From Phormidesmis sp. (GTDB lineage: Bacteria > Cyanobacteriota > Cyanobacteriia > Leptolyngbyales > Leptolyngbyaceae): a stretch of DNA of 64,000 nucleotides. Positions 31,002 through 41,282 of the stretch are shown here, piece by piece. The translations under genes were made by a program, and so were the position numbers. The stretch spans positions 896,001 through 960,000 of the forward strand of contig CBDFJR010000005.1 in NCBI GenBank assembly GCA_965248535.1, written 5' to 3'. Within the stretch, counting starts at the first letter, position 1; every line of letters begins with the position of its first letter. The notes beneath the pieces were generated by a model, which had not been told where the DNA came from, searched no databases, and worked only from the letters and a program-made list of their open reading frames with translations.

Positions 31002-32105
31002 ATGACCGCTACTCCTGCCGAACGCTTGATTACGCAAGCAGAATACGCAAAGCAATTGCGCCCCCTGCTGCCGCCAGAAGCGTTTCTCCCTGACCCCAAC
31101 AAAGTCTTGATTTTGTTGATTAACGCCGCCATTTTAATCTTAGGCTGGGGAATTGCCGATCGCTTACCTGAATGGAACTGGTATTTTTTGTGGCTCTATT
31201 TGCCCCTAACATTAGTGATGGGAAATAGTGTAATTGTGTTGTTATTTAGCACTCACGATCTGCTGCACAGCCGCACCATTAGAAACCCGTTTTTGAGGCG
31301 TGTGATTAGTCTATTAGGGCTGACATTATTGTGGACTCCTCCCACGTTTTGGAAAGCAGTTCACAACCGAGAGCATCACAACAAAACCAACTCGCTGCAC
31401 GACCCCGATCGCAACTATCTATCTGAGCAACCCAAAACCTGGGGCAAATGGATTCAAAATCTCTTCGTTCCGTCGGCAGAGGTGCACCTACTCTGGTTAG
31501 TGGTTGGAACAGGCTATGCCTGGGGGGTTCACACCTTTCGCAATTTGACTTCGGTGCTGTTGTTTAATCACGGTCAGACAGAATATCCGGCGACTTCCTT
31601 TAGGGTCAACTCCAAAGAACGTAGAGCGATCGTGCTTGAGTTCCTCATTATCTTAGGCATTCATCTGAGCATTTTAAGTTATTTGGGGCTTCATCCCATA
31701 AAGCTGATTCTCAGTTATTTTTTGCCTATTTGGATTGGCTATGGCGGCATCATGTTTTATGTTTACACTAACCATATGCTGTGCCAAATGACGAACGTTA
31801 ACGATCCGTTAATCAATAGTGTCTCAGTTCGGGTTCCTAAGCTGTTCAATCTGCTACATTTTAACTTTTCCTATCACACAGAGCACCACGTTTTTCCGGG
31901 TGTCAACTCAGACTATTATCCAGCCGTGCAAAAACTGTTGAAGGATCAATATCCTGAGCGGTTTAATTTGTTGAATGTTGGAGAAGTGTGGCGGTTAATG
32001 TTGCAAACGCCTCGCCACTATAAGACTGAGAACACCTTCACCGATTGGTCAGGAACAAAGTCGGTTCCTTGTCCCCTTTCTCGCGCCGATGAGCGTCTGA
32101 GTTGA
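31002..32105 (+). CDS. Fatty acid desaturase family protein
   Basis: His boxes HDLLH, HNREHH and HTEHH. Confidence 0.85.
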   Translation: MTATPAERLITQAEYAKQLRPLLPPEAFLPDPNKVLILLINAAILILGWGIADRLPEWNWYFLWLYLPLTLVMGNSVIVLLFSTHDLLHSRTIRNPFLRRVISLLGLTLLWTPPTFWKAVHNREHHNKTNSLHDPDRNYLSEQPKTWGKWIQNLFVPSAEVHLLWLVVGTGYAWGVHTFRNLTSVLLFNHGQTEYPATSFRVNSKERRAIVLEFLIILGIHLSILSYLGLHPIKLILSYFLPIWIGYGGIMFYVYTNHMLCQMTNVNDPLINSVSVRVPKLFNLLHFNFSYHTEHHVFPGVNSDYYPAVQKLLKDQYPERFNLLNVGEVWRLMLQTPRHYKTENTFTDWSGTKSVPCPLSRADERLS

Positions 32106-32150
32106 GGATCGCTGAGAGTTTGACCAAGACGGACGGGTCAACTCTCAGGG

Positions 32151-33839
32151 TCAACTCTCAATGCCATGACTTTTGCCAATCACCCAATGGCGACGAAAGA
32201 AGCGTGCCAGCGAGGTCTCTTCTAGAGAGAGATGAATCGGGCGACCGTGAGGGCAGGTGCGCGGGTTGCGAGTTTGCTGCCACTGATCTAACAGGGTTTG
32301 CATCTCAGTCAGGCTGAGAGGCGTTCCATTGCGAATGGCGCTGCGGCAAGCGGTGGCAACTTGGGCAGATTGCAGATCACCTCCTAGGCTGAGTTCTAGC
32401 AAGGCTTCGGCACAATCGTCTCGATCGACCAGCATTGCAGGCGCAGTCCGAACGGCCCAAAGTTGTTCACCAAAAGGCTCGATCGCTAACCCCAAACGCT
32501 CTAACTGCTCAAGTTGAGCCGTTGATAAATGGTTGAGAATGATGGCAGGCTCTAACGACGTGAGTTGCCAGCGATCGCATACCTGTTCATAAAGCACTCG
32601 TTCGTGAGCGATGTGTTGCTCGACCAGCCACATGCCTGCTGGGTGTTCTGCCAAGATATAGCGGTTGTGCACTTGAGCGATCGCCCGCACTGGAGACAAA
32701 GCCGAAGTCTCTGTTGGGGGCTGATGCTGGATCGCTCGATCAACGGTGTAGCCTCCCTCTGATTCGGCGGTTTTAAGCAGTTTGCCAACGCGCTCTGAGT
32801 AGAAAGGCTCAGACAGTGACTCAGGCTTGAGGCACAAGGTTTGCTCAATGGCCTCGGTGATCTGCCGTTGCCAATGGCTCAGGTGATGGAGATAAACGTC
32901 TGCTTTGGCGGGGTGACGGTTCCAGTCAATGTGCGCGGGCGGCACCTGAAGATGCACTACACAGACGGGATGGCGCTCTCTCGGCAGAGTTTTCCGAAAG
33001 GCTGAAAAAATAGTCTGTTCTAACTCTGGTATGTCGATAAATCGACCGTTGATCGCGACTCGCACCCAGTCGGGGCGGTGCCGATGACAGCGATCGGGCA
33101 ACCCCAACAGCACATAGACCGCCGCTAAAGAGTCGCTTTCTTCAGAAACGGGCACCTCTAGAGTGGTTTCTTGCAAGTCTCCAATCTGCACGCCTCGCAG
33201 AATTTGGGGCAAGATTTTGCGAGCCGTGTCGCCCGCCCAAACGTTAAACCAGTCTCGATCGCTTTGCTGGACTTGCCAGGTGACTTGGGGGTGACTCAGC
33301 GCAATTTGATGAATGATGGACTGAACCGAGCGAATCTGCTGCGCGATCGGGGGCAACCCCTGCCGCCGGGCCAACCAATGGCCAAATAACTGATCGACTG
33401 TGACGATCGTGCCGGGCGCGATCGCGGCTGCCTCAATCTGAAGGGGTGATCCTTCCGGGCTATAAAGCAGTCGCCAGCCTTGAGTTGTCGCGACGGGACG
33501 GCTGATAATCTCTAGTTGCGATAGCTGTGACAGGCTGTGGAGCGCTTCGCCCCGAAAACCGAGGCTGCGAATATTCCACAGGTCTTGGCGATCGTGAATT
33601 TTGCTCGTGGTGTGGGGCAAGGCAGCTTGTTTTAGTGTTTCTAGATCCATGCCTGCTCCATTGTCGGCGACGCGCACGCGCCACTGGTCAGCCCAGAGCG
33701 ACACCATAATCCGAGTTGCCCCAGCGTCGATCGAGTTTTCTACCAATTCGCGCACCACGGCAGCCAGAGAGTCGATCACTTCTCCGGCCGCGATTAAATG
33801 CACGACTTCAGTAGGCAATGGCTGAATGTTAAACCCCAT
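32151..33839 (-). CDS. mutL: DNA mismatch repair protein MutL
   Basis: IAAGEVI, GFRGEAL, QHIAHER and CPHGRP motifs. Confidence 0.96.
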   Translation of the reverse strand: MGFNIQPLPTEVVHLIAAGEVIDSLAAVVRELVENSIDAGATRIMVSLWADQWRVRVADNGAGMDLETLKQAALPHTTSKIHDRQDLWNIRSLGFRGEALHSLSQLSQLEIISRPVATTQGWRLLYSPEGSPLQIEAAAIAPGTIVTVDQLFGHWLARRQGLPPIAQQIRSVQSIIHQIALSHPQVTWQVQQSDRDWFNVWAGDTARKILPQILRGVQIGDLQETTLEVPVSEESDSLAAVYVLLGLPDRCHRHRPDWVRVAINGRFIDIPELEQTIFSAFRKTLPRERHPVCVVHLQVPPAHIDWNRHPAKADVYLHHLSHWQRQITEAIEQTLCLKPESLSEPFYSERVGKLLKTAESEGGYTVDRAIQHQPPTETSALSPVRAIAQVHNRYILAEHPAGMWLVEQHIAHERVLYEQVCDRWQLTSLEPAIILNHLSTAQLEQLERLGLAIEPFGEQLWAVRTAPAMLVDRDDCAEALLELSLGGDLQSAQVATACRSAIRNGTPLSLTEMQTLLDQWQQTRNPRTCPHGRPIHLSLEETSLARFFRRHWVIGKSHGIES

Positions 33840-33866
33840 CCCTCTAGTGTATCGAATTGATTAATC

Positions 33867-34397
33867 TTGTTCTGCATGAACTGGCTTCTTATGATCAAAT
33901 CGAACAGTTACGCAATCATCAAATCGATATTGGCTTTTTCCATAAACACAACTTACAAAACGCTTAAAGAGGATAGCGAGTCTTTTTCTGACACTCTGGT
34001 TCTTCATGAATCACTCGTGCTTGTCCTCCCGGAGAAGCATTTCTTAGCTAAAAAGACGAGTGTTTCACTCGCAGAGCTTAACGGCAAGGAGTTTGTTCTA
34101 CCACCGCACACCTTACTTCGTGGCTTACGCGATAAAATTGATCAACTTTGCATCAGCGCTCACTGTAAGCCAGTCATTGTTTAAGAGGCAGCCTGGATAA
34201 CAACTGTGTTGAGTTTGGTCGCTAGGGATGGGTGTTTCAGTGCTTCCAGCTAATGTGAAAAACCTTCGACGGACTGGGTCGTTTACCGCGATATTCAAGA
34301 ATTCTCTCCAGTGTTAGAAATTGTTGCTGTTAGGAGAACTCACAATCAGTCAACCGTTCTAAGGAATTTCCTCGAAGTTGTTGAGGACTTATCCAAG
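33867..34397 (+). pseudogene. LysR substrate-binding domain remnant
   Basis: ESLVLVLPEKHFLA...; stops and frameshifts; no HTH domain. Confidence 0.6.
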
Positions 34398-34753
34398 TAC
34401 ACTCACCGCTTCTAAGAAATGGACTTTTAGGTCTCCGATCGCGTCAGCGATATGATGAAGTTATCCACTTCACGGGACAGGGGGACTGTTTGGATGATTC
34501 AGGTTGAATTTACTGAGCAGATGATTGAGGAGTTGAAGTACTAACGCGCATTTGAACTTAATCGAACGGTTATGGCGATTTGTGCGTAAAGAATGTTTGT
34601 ACTCTAGATATTATGCTGATTTCTCTGCCTTTAGAAGGGCCATTTCAACCTTGATGGACACAGCGCACATCAACAAACACGAGCAGCTCAAAAGCCTGAT
34701 GAGTTGGCAGTTTCAGTCCTTTAAGAAAGTCCAATTCTTAGCCGAGTAGGGTA
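34398..34753 (+). mobile_element. Internally deleted IS630-family remnant
   Basis: MIQVEFTEQMIEELKY abuts LNLIERLWRFVRKECL; imperfect inverted ends CTAAGAAATGGACT / AGTCCAATTCTTAG. Confidence 0.65.
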
Positions 34754-34838
34754 CATCAGGGTAATTAGCCTCAATTTTTCAGGTACTACAACACTCAATC
34801 AAAAAGCTTGAATACCCTGCTCACACTGGATTTCGGCG

Positions 34839-34926
34839 ACATAACGACCCCGTTCACCCGCCGCTAGGAACCTTTTGGACTCACCGACTCACTTGATACG
34901 GTCGGTGTGCAACGGGATTGTCATTC
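34839..34926 (-). other. attC-like site A (one core degenerate, GTCATTC)
   Basis: ACATAAC..CCCGTTCACC..GGTGTGCAACGGG..GTCATTC; arms nearly identical to site E. Confidence 0.8.
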
Positions 34927-34933
34927 GATGCTT

Positions 34934-35236
34934 CTACTCAATTTTGGATTGTCTCCAGTGCTTCATCTCCTCATCAGTAAAGTGACTAACTAAATCCCGA
35001 TACATTTTTTCAATTGCATCTGCATTTAATCCTTCCTCTTCTGCCCAGACTCGACGCTGCCCTAACATTGCGTGAAAGCGTTCAGGTGCTTTAACGGTAG
35101 TTTCACTCGTCTTGAATTTAGAGGCAGCTTTGACATATGCGAAACGCTGACCAAGTAGAGCAACAACTTGACGATCTAACCGATCAATTTCGGCTCGAAT
35201 ATCCGCCATATTTCCACATTGATTAGGTGTCTTCAT
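34934..35236 (-). CDS. pchB: Isochorismate pyruvate-lyase / chorismate mutase type II (cassette gene)
   Basis: MKTPNQC..MADIRAEIDRLDR...AASKFK..APER. Confidence 0.8.
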   Translation of the reverse strand: MKTPNQCGNMADIRAEIDRLDRQVVALLGQRFAYVKAASKFKTSETTVKAPERFHAMLGQRRVWAEEEGLNADAIEKMYRDLVSHFTDEEMKHWRQSKIE

Positions 35237-35364
35237 AGTTTGCAAAGTTGAGTGATGAGGCTAGTTTTCAACTTGAATCGAGAGTTCACACAACACTGGA
35301 AAATTCACCTGTGTTTTGAAGACTACCCCAACCCGCAAACTTCGCCTTCATGAAGTTCGGGGCA

Positions 35365-35697
35365 TTATGATAAAGCAAGCAGCGATAAACTTTCATCTGC
35401 ATGAAATAATTTGATCGCTTCAAAACTCTGACGTATAAAATTCTCAACTTGCCATGTTGAACAGTTTCCCAAGCGAAGCCAAATAACTTTTGGTGGATTG
35501 CCAAATACTAAGCTCAAATCGTGCATATCCGCCTCTTTTGAGACAATCATCAAATCGTTGTCTTTTGCATAATTCCAAACGATTGGATCGATTGTTGCCT
35601 TCATTCCCACATCTCGAACCTGAAGCGAATTTAGGAAAAGATCGTCCAGACGGTTCGGTAACTTTGGCGACAAGTTTTCATCAAAAAGTAATCTTAT
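35365..35697 (-). pseudogene. DUF5615 PIN-like toxin with start codon mutated to ATA
   Basis: (I)RLLFDENLSP...GNPPKVIWLRLGN. Confidence 0.75.
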
Positions 35698-35924
35698 GCA
35701 GATAATGGAGGAATCATTAACCGACGCTCACGGGCAGCAGCATAAGCAATACAGGCTTTTAAGTCTTCCCGCGTCAGATCGGGAAAATCGTCAAGAATTT
35801 CTGCTTCAGTCATCTCGGAAGCTAGGTGCTAGAGTACCTCATAAACCGTAATTCTTAAACCACGTACACAAGGTTTCCCACCCCGTTTATCAGATTCAAT
35901 TGTGATAAAGTTTTGGTAGCTCAT
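35694..35924 (-). pseudogene. DUF433 antitoxin with premature TAG
   Basis: MSYQNFITIESDKRGGKPCVRGLRITVYEVL*HLASEMTEAEILDDFPDL; stop at 35829-31. Confidence 0.85.
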
Positions 35925-36084
35925 AGTTAAAATCACCTTCATTAAATAGCTCTATTATAAGGCTTCGTCAGTCACAATCAGCACCAACAGAGGCTTTTTA
36001 GACTACTGCCCCAACCAACAGCCTGAGCCGCTGAACGTTCCGGTTGAGCGGTGACAAACCGAACTGGAACGAAGTGCAAAAGCT

Positions 36085-36622
<538 letters not shown>

Positions 36623-36640
36623 TTAGCAGTTAATTCTTCC

Positions 36641-36883
36641 TCAGTTAGCTTCAGGATAAGTTTCCTCTTTACGTATGACTTTAGCAAAACGTCCTGAAGT
36701 CCGCTCAAACAGAACGTCAAATTCACTATTTGGCATCCTCAAATCAATCGGAACTTCTTGAACAGGAAGTACTTCTTGACCGCCATCGTCCGCCAGTCCA
36801 ATACCAGCACAGAGAATTACCGTAATTTCTCCGTCTCGCAAACAGCCCAGAACTCTTGCTGGATAACGCCAGTATTTAGACAT
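36641..36883 (-). CDS. Hypothetical cassette protein
   Basis: 80-aa ORF starting just inside the cassette 5' core. Confidence 0.6.
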   Translation of the reverse strand: MSKYWRYPARVLGCLRDGEITVILCAGIGLADDGGQEVLPVQEVPIDLRMPNSEFDVLFERTSGRFAKVIRKEETYPEAN

Positions 36884-36954
36884 TTTCGGCAGCCCAAAAT
36901 ACTTGAAACTTACAAGCAGCTTCTAAACCACTAGCACAACCCGTAAACGAAGCA

Positions 36955-37739
36955 GGCTAACGCATTGTTGTGCGGCGGCAGATAAGCTTGGACTCTCACC
37001 GATAAGCTCTGTTCCGTCCGCACCAACGCATTGTGTACGCCCAGCATGGGTGTGAACTAATGGGGTGAAAGTCCCCTGTCGGAGAACCAACGTCCAAATG
37101 ATCCCAAAAGATCCGAGTGACGACAACGACTAGCTTAAGGTAAGGGCGTTTCCGCGAGGAAGGGTCTGAAGGAAGCCAGCGGCAAATCTGCGAGCTGACG
37201 GACAGAAACGTCATAGAAGGCTGAGATTCCTGTGGCAAGTGAGCACAACATCATGAAGCCTTTTGGTTCAGGGAACACAGTAAATGACGCAGTTGTGCAG
37301 AGACAGTTCACGTTCTTATCTGGGGAGATCTGCTCAAAGGGCGGTCTGAGGGTCTACGGGAGTCTGATTGAGGTCTAGCGGGAAACGGCTAGGGAGCCAC
37401 GGAACCCTAAGGACATTCAGGCAGCGTGAGTCATGGCAACAGGACTCATGATTGAGCAGAAGTCAGCAGAGGTCATAGTAGCCAAACACTCACCGTAATG
37501 GGTGAGACAGGGTGAAGGGCTGAACCTTAGAAAGCAGGGAGGAGTTGCAAAGCTCGACTGGGCGATGAACCCGAACGGGGGAGCTATTTTGTCGGCGCTT
37601 AACTGCACAACCAGCCCTGGATATTCAGTTCTATTGAACTGGCTTGTCTAAAACTTTTCTGGGGACGCGCCCCGTGCGGAGCCGCACGCGGGGTGCCGTG
37701 GGGACTGGGGGAGAAAATCCCCTGGTTACCCGATTGGGC
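36955..37739 (-). other. attC-like site D, split by the intron (36955-37034 plus 37735-37739)
   Basis: GGCTAAC..GTTGTGCGG..CCGCACCAAC..TTGT|TGGGC. Confidence 0.88.
37035..37734 (+). mobile_element. ORF-less group IIC-attC intron (700 nt)
   Basis: 5' GTACGCCCAGCATGGG; short IIC-type domain V GACGCGCCCCGTGCGGAGCCGCACGCGGGGTGCCGTGG; domain VI ending ACCCGAT; inserted at TTGT/T; no RT ORF. Confidence 0.88.
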
Positions 37740-37746
37740 TGCGCCG

Positions 37747-38130
37747 CTACATGACGCTGACTGGATAAGCACGGACTGCTGCATCTACCGTCGCAATGGT
37801 CAAGCCGTTTTGTAATGCTTGGCAGATTAGCATCCTGTCAAATGGATCACGATGTAATGGCGGCAGTTTAGCCAGTTGAAGCACACTATTTTCATTAAGG
37901 TCAAGACTGGCAATCTGATGAAGATTGCGCTGTTTGGGCAAATACGTTTCGGGATGCTCCGGCAAAGGTAGCTTGCCCAACTGATATTTGACAATCGCTT
38001 CCCAGACTGAAATTGCGCTTAGATAGACCTCGTTGTCTGGATCGCGAATGGCATCTCGAACATCTGGTAACAACTGGGTATCCCCACTGATGAACCACAA
38101 GAAGATATGTGTATCCAGCAGAATTCTCAT
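37747..38130 (-). CDS. VapC PIN-domain toxin
   Basis: LLDTHIFLW, SVWE and HRDPFDRMLICQA motifs. Confidence 0.92.
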   Translation of the reverse strand: MRILLDTHIFLWFISGDTQLLPDVRDAIRDPDNEVYLSAISVWEAIVKYQLGKLPLPEHPETYLPKQRNLHQIASLDLNENSVLQLAKLPPLHRDPFDRMLICQALQNGLTIATVDAAVRAYPVSVM

Positions 38131-38366
38131 TTGCCCTCAAATGCACGGAGAAGATCTTCCGGCAAAGGAGCATCGAAATTATCTGGCACGGTAAACGCTC
38201 CTGCACACAAACCGAATGGTCGCAGCTGCTTACCGCTTGATGAGATCGGTCTTAATTCGGCGATCGCTTTATCTGCTTGAACAATCACAATTGTTTGACC
38301 TGCCTCCACTTGGCGCAGATACTTTGAAGGATCGCGCTGAATTTCATCAACTGTCACACTTAGCAT
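38127..38366 (-). CDS. Phd/YefM-family antitoxin
   Basis: LRQVEAGQTIVI..AELRP..VPDNFDAPLP. Confidence 0.88.
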   Translation of the reverse strand: MLSVTVDEIQRDPSKYLRQVEAGQTIVIVQADKAIAELRPISSSGKQLRPFGLCAGAFTVPDNFDAPLPEDLLRAFEGK

Positions 38367-38374
38367 AAAAAGCC

Positions 38375-38854
38375 TCAGTATAAGCTCAAGGGATAATACT
38401 CTGCTTGATTCAATTGTATATGATGAGTCGTATGCTCCCAGCTAGGATGCGTCTTGAATCCCAACTTCTGATAAAACTCGGCGGCGGCTGGGGTATCGGT
38501 TCGCAACGTCAATAGTTGGTAATGCTGCTTGGCTACGTGAATAAGCTGAGTGACCAGCAAACGTCCCACTCCACGCTTCCGCCAAACTGCCTCAACATAC
38601 AAGTGTCGCAATCTACCAACTTTAGAATCATTCAAATATGGATCTTGATTCAGCCCACCGATTCCAACTATCGCACCGTGTACCGAAGCTGTAAGTAGGA
38701 TTTCACCAGACCGATCAAAGCAATTTAAACCACTACGGTACTCTCGAATCAGTCTTTCAACGAACCAAAACCCCTGGGATAAACTTTCCTCAGCGAGATG
38801 ATGAATTGATTTTGAGTCAAGCTCTGAAATGTGAGCGATCACAATCTGTTGCAT
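38375..38854 (-). CDS. GNAT-family N-acetyltransferase
   Basis: LYVEAVWRKRGVGRLL and FYQKLGF motifs. Confidence 0.9.
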   Translation of the reverse strand: MQQIVIAHISELDSKSIHHLAEESLSQGFWFVERLIREYRSGLNCFDRSGEILLTASVHGAIVGIGGLNQDPYLNDSKVGRLRHLYVEAVWRKRGVGRLLVTQLIHVAKQHYQLLTLRTDTPAAAEFYQKLGFKTHPSWEHTTHHIQLNQAEYYPLSLY

Positions 38855-38943
38855 GAGCCTTGAGAGAATATTGCAAGATTCGATCTTAGCTTTGAATCCC
38901 GACAAGTAAAACTGAAAGACAATCACAGCCAAAAATTCAAGCA

Positions 38944-39031
38944 GCCCAACGACCCCGTTCACCCACCGCTAGTAAACTATCGGATTTACCAACCAACTTC
39001 ATTCGGTCGGTGTGCAACGGGATTGTTATGC
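38944..39031 (-). other. attC-like site E
   Basis: GCCCAAC..CCCGTTCACC..GGTGTGCAACGGG..GTTATGC. Confidence 0.9.
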
Positions 39032-39037
39032 GGTACT

Positions 39038-40249
39038 TCATGTTGCTGATTTAATGTTATCTATTCCAGAATCGGGATGATGAAAGCCACTTGTATCTAA
39101 TGCTGGAATAAGAGTGTAGCCATTATCGTTAAGTATTCCCTTTGCACGTGAAGGCTGAATATATCCTTTGCCATTCATAAAAGTGAAACCATGACAGTTG
39201 TATTCTGGAGTAAGAAGTTCAACTTGCCGAGGTTTCATATTAGGAGGAAAGGTCATCTTTAGATAGGCTTCTGTTCTCTCTTTCTCACCAGGTTCAGCCC
39301 TAAGCCCACTTTTCTGAATAGCAGTTGACCACGCTACAGCATTACCATTTGTTTCATCAAGAGTCCCATCCTGCTTTACTGCGGCATCTGTAAAATAAGC
39401 ATCAACACAGATTATCGTCACACAATATCTCCCACTTCTCAATAGATTACTCCTACTACCATCTTTACGCTTTGCACGGTGTACAGTCCATGATTTTCCA
39501 TAGATACTGTAGTTTGGGTGATGAAGATATAGTCCTTGAGCGCCCCACTTACTCTTAATTTGAGCGACAGTGCCATCTGGATGAACGCCTGTGATGACAC
39601 CTGAGTGAGTAATCGTTCCATCACTTGCTCGATAAATTACAATATCTCCTTGCATCGGTAGAGATTTGTTTACTCTCGTCCAAGTAAAAGTGCCTTCGGT
39701 TACTATAGAACTAGTTGAGGGTTTACAGGAAATCTTGCCTTCTTTTATAGTATTTCCATCACTACTAATAGTCCCAGTATACGTATTAGTATATCCCCAG
39801 CCCACACTTGTTTCTCCAGCCGTTTCAGTAAACTCAACAGTATTATCAGAGTTAACTTTACCTGAGAAGAAATAAGTCAAACTGCCACCTGTCCAAACAA
39901 CCTTACGAGGAGAACTTTTAAGCTGACTACCATCCTGGGTGATCACTATTTCGGATGACTCCCTTCCAGTTTTACCACCAATAGAAGTCACCGAAGGACT
40001 ACCGGGATTACAGCGATCTCTAGTTACCGTAAATCCATCTCGATCGTTTATCCAAGTACCGGTCAAGTCTACATTGCGTGGCACAGACGCAATGTAGACT
40101 TCATCTTTAGGTAAGAAACTATAATAATTGGCTGAACTAAAGCCAAGAAGACCACAGAGGAAAACAGCGATCGTCTTTCGCCAAAAAGCTGTGCTGACAA
40201 CAAGCAGAGAAGTTAGGAGAAAAACTAAAATAAAGCGTAACTGTCGCAT
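39038..40249 (-). CDS. Exported cassette protein with putative Cys/His (papain-like) catalytic motifs
   Basis: Hydrophobic N-terminus, beta-rich domain, GDIVIY..THSG..SKWG, then YNCHGFTF. Confidence 0.55.
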   Translation of the reverse strand: MRQLRFILVFLLTSLLVVSTAFWRKTIAVFLCGLLGFSSANYYSFLPKDEVYIASVPRNVDLTGTWINDRDGFTVTRDRCNPGSPSVTSIGGKTGRESSEIVITQDGSQLKSSPRKVVWTGGSLTYFFSGKVNSDNTVEFTETAGETSVGWGYTNTYTGTISSDGNTIKEGKISCKPSTSSIVTEGTFTWTRVNKSLPMQGDIVIYRASDGTITHSGVITGVHPDGTVAQIKSKWGAQGLYLHHPNYSIYGKSWTVHRAKRKDGSRSNLLRSGRYCVTIICVDAYFTDAAVKQDGTLDETNGNAVAWSTAIQKSGLRAEPGEKERTEAYLKMTFPPNMKPRQVELLTPEYNCHGFTFMNGKGYIQPSRAKGILNDNGYTLIPALDTSGFHHPDSGIDNIKSAT

Positions 40250-40456
40250 GATTCAAGCCTATTGATAGAATGAGATGCCTTAGAAGCTGCTGAGATAAGA
40301 GTTATAAAATCAAGACTCAACCTCACTCTGCTGTATAGAACAGGAGATAAAATGAATCAGCTTATTAACATAAGCTCTGCAATTTAGGAAATGATTGCTC
40401 TCTAGGAGTAACTGAATCAAAGTAGAATTACTACCTTGGAAACCTTGTAATACCAA

Positions 40457-41005
40457 TCACCAGTCCTTCCTTGGAAACTCAAGATCATGTGTTGCATGGC
40501 TTGGATCTTTGTCTAGATATCTTTGTTGTTTTATTCGTAAGTCATTTTCCCTAGATGGCTCATCAGTCCTCAATTGACTATCCTCTCCACTTTTAGAGTT
40601 TCCCCCTCCCATGTTTCTAAGCATAAAAATCAAGCCTGAGGACAGGAAAGAGAACGGCTGCTTCAGAAAAGTTTTAACTATTGCTCCAAGAATATTAGCT
40701 GGAGATGGTTCAATGTTTTCATAAATTAGGCTTTGCCTTATGAAATAGACAACAAACACAATAGCAGCTAGTAGCCCAATCCAATGCCAATTAGCCCATG
40801 CCTGGATAATCAGAAAGATATAGAAAATCCAACGTGTTTTGTCGCTAAATGAGCTTAATACCCAGAGACCAATAACAAAAAATGCAGCGACAACATTACC
40901 GTGTGGAGCAAAGGCGTTATAAATTACGCTGTACACAACTAATGCGACAGCAGCGCCAATATGCAGGTTTCTTCGTATGATTTTCATGATTAGGTAGGTA
41001 AACAA
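40457..41005 (-). CDS. Hypothetical membrane protein (cassette)
   Basis: Several transmembrane-like segments; AT-rich DNA. Confidence 0.6.
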   Translation of the reverse strand: MFTYLIMKIIRRNLHIGAAVALVVYSVIYNAFAPHGNVVAAFFVIGLWVLSSFSDKTRWIFYIFLIIQAWANWHWIGLLAAIVFVVYFIRQSLIYENIEPSPANILGAIVKTFLKQPFSFLSSGLIFMLRNMGGGNSKSGEDSQLRTDEPSRENDLRIKQQRYLDKDPSHATHDLEFPRKDW

Positions 41006-41190
41006 ACGCTAGTTTGACTGGTATCAAGAAAAAATTATTCGGCTTGATTCTGATGTCACGGAACCGATAGCAGGTGTGTTCTTCAATACAAAGTTCCTCA
41101 ATTTTCATCTAGCTGTCTGAGCATCTATGAGATTGAGTTTGGGCAGCGACAGATAAGCATCAATAACTGCCCCCACCGATAACTTAAGAC

Positions 41191-41275
41191 GCATAACGGT
41201 TGCAATCACCGGACTCAGATATCTTCTGCTAGCACCAGTATGCTTCAAAGTTCCGGTGCATTGCGATGGTTAGCT
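41191..41275 (-). other. attC-like site F
   Basis: GCATAAC..GCAATCACCGGA..TCCGGTGCATTGC..GTTAGCT. Confidence 0.9.
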
Positions 41276-41282
41276 TTCGCTT

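Noticed and set aside
35286..35365. A sixth attC between pchB and the DUF5615 gene
   Set aside because: Only a weak hairpin (AACTTC/GAAGTT) with no paired AAC/GTT cores; at best a degenerate relic.
36923..37784. Small ORFs inside the intron as an intron-encoded protein
   Set aside because: They are short, antisense to the intron and lack RT (YADD) motifs.
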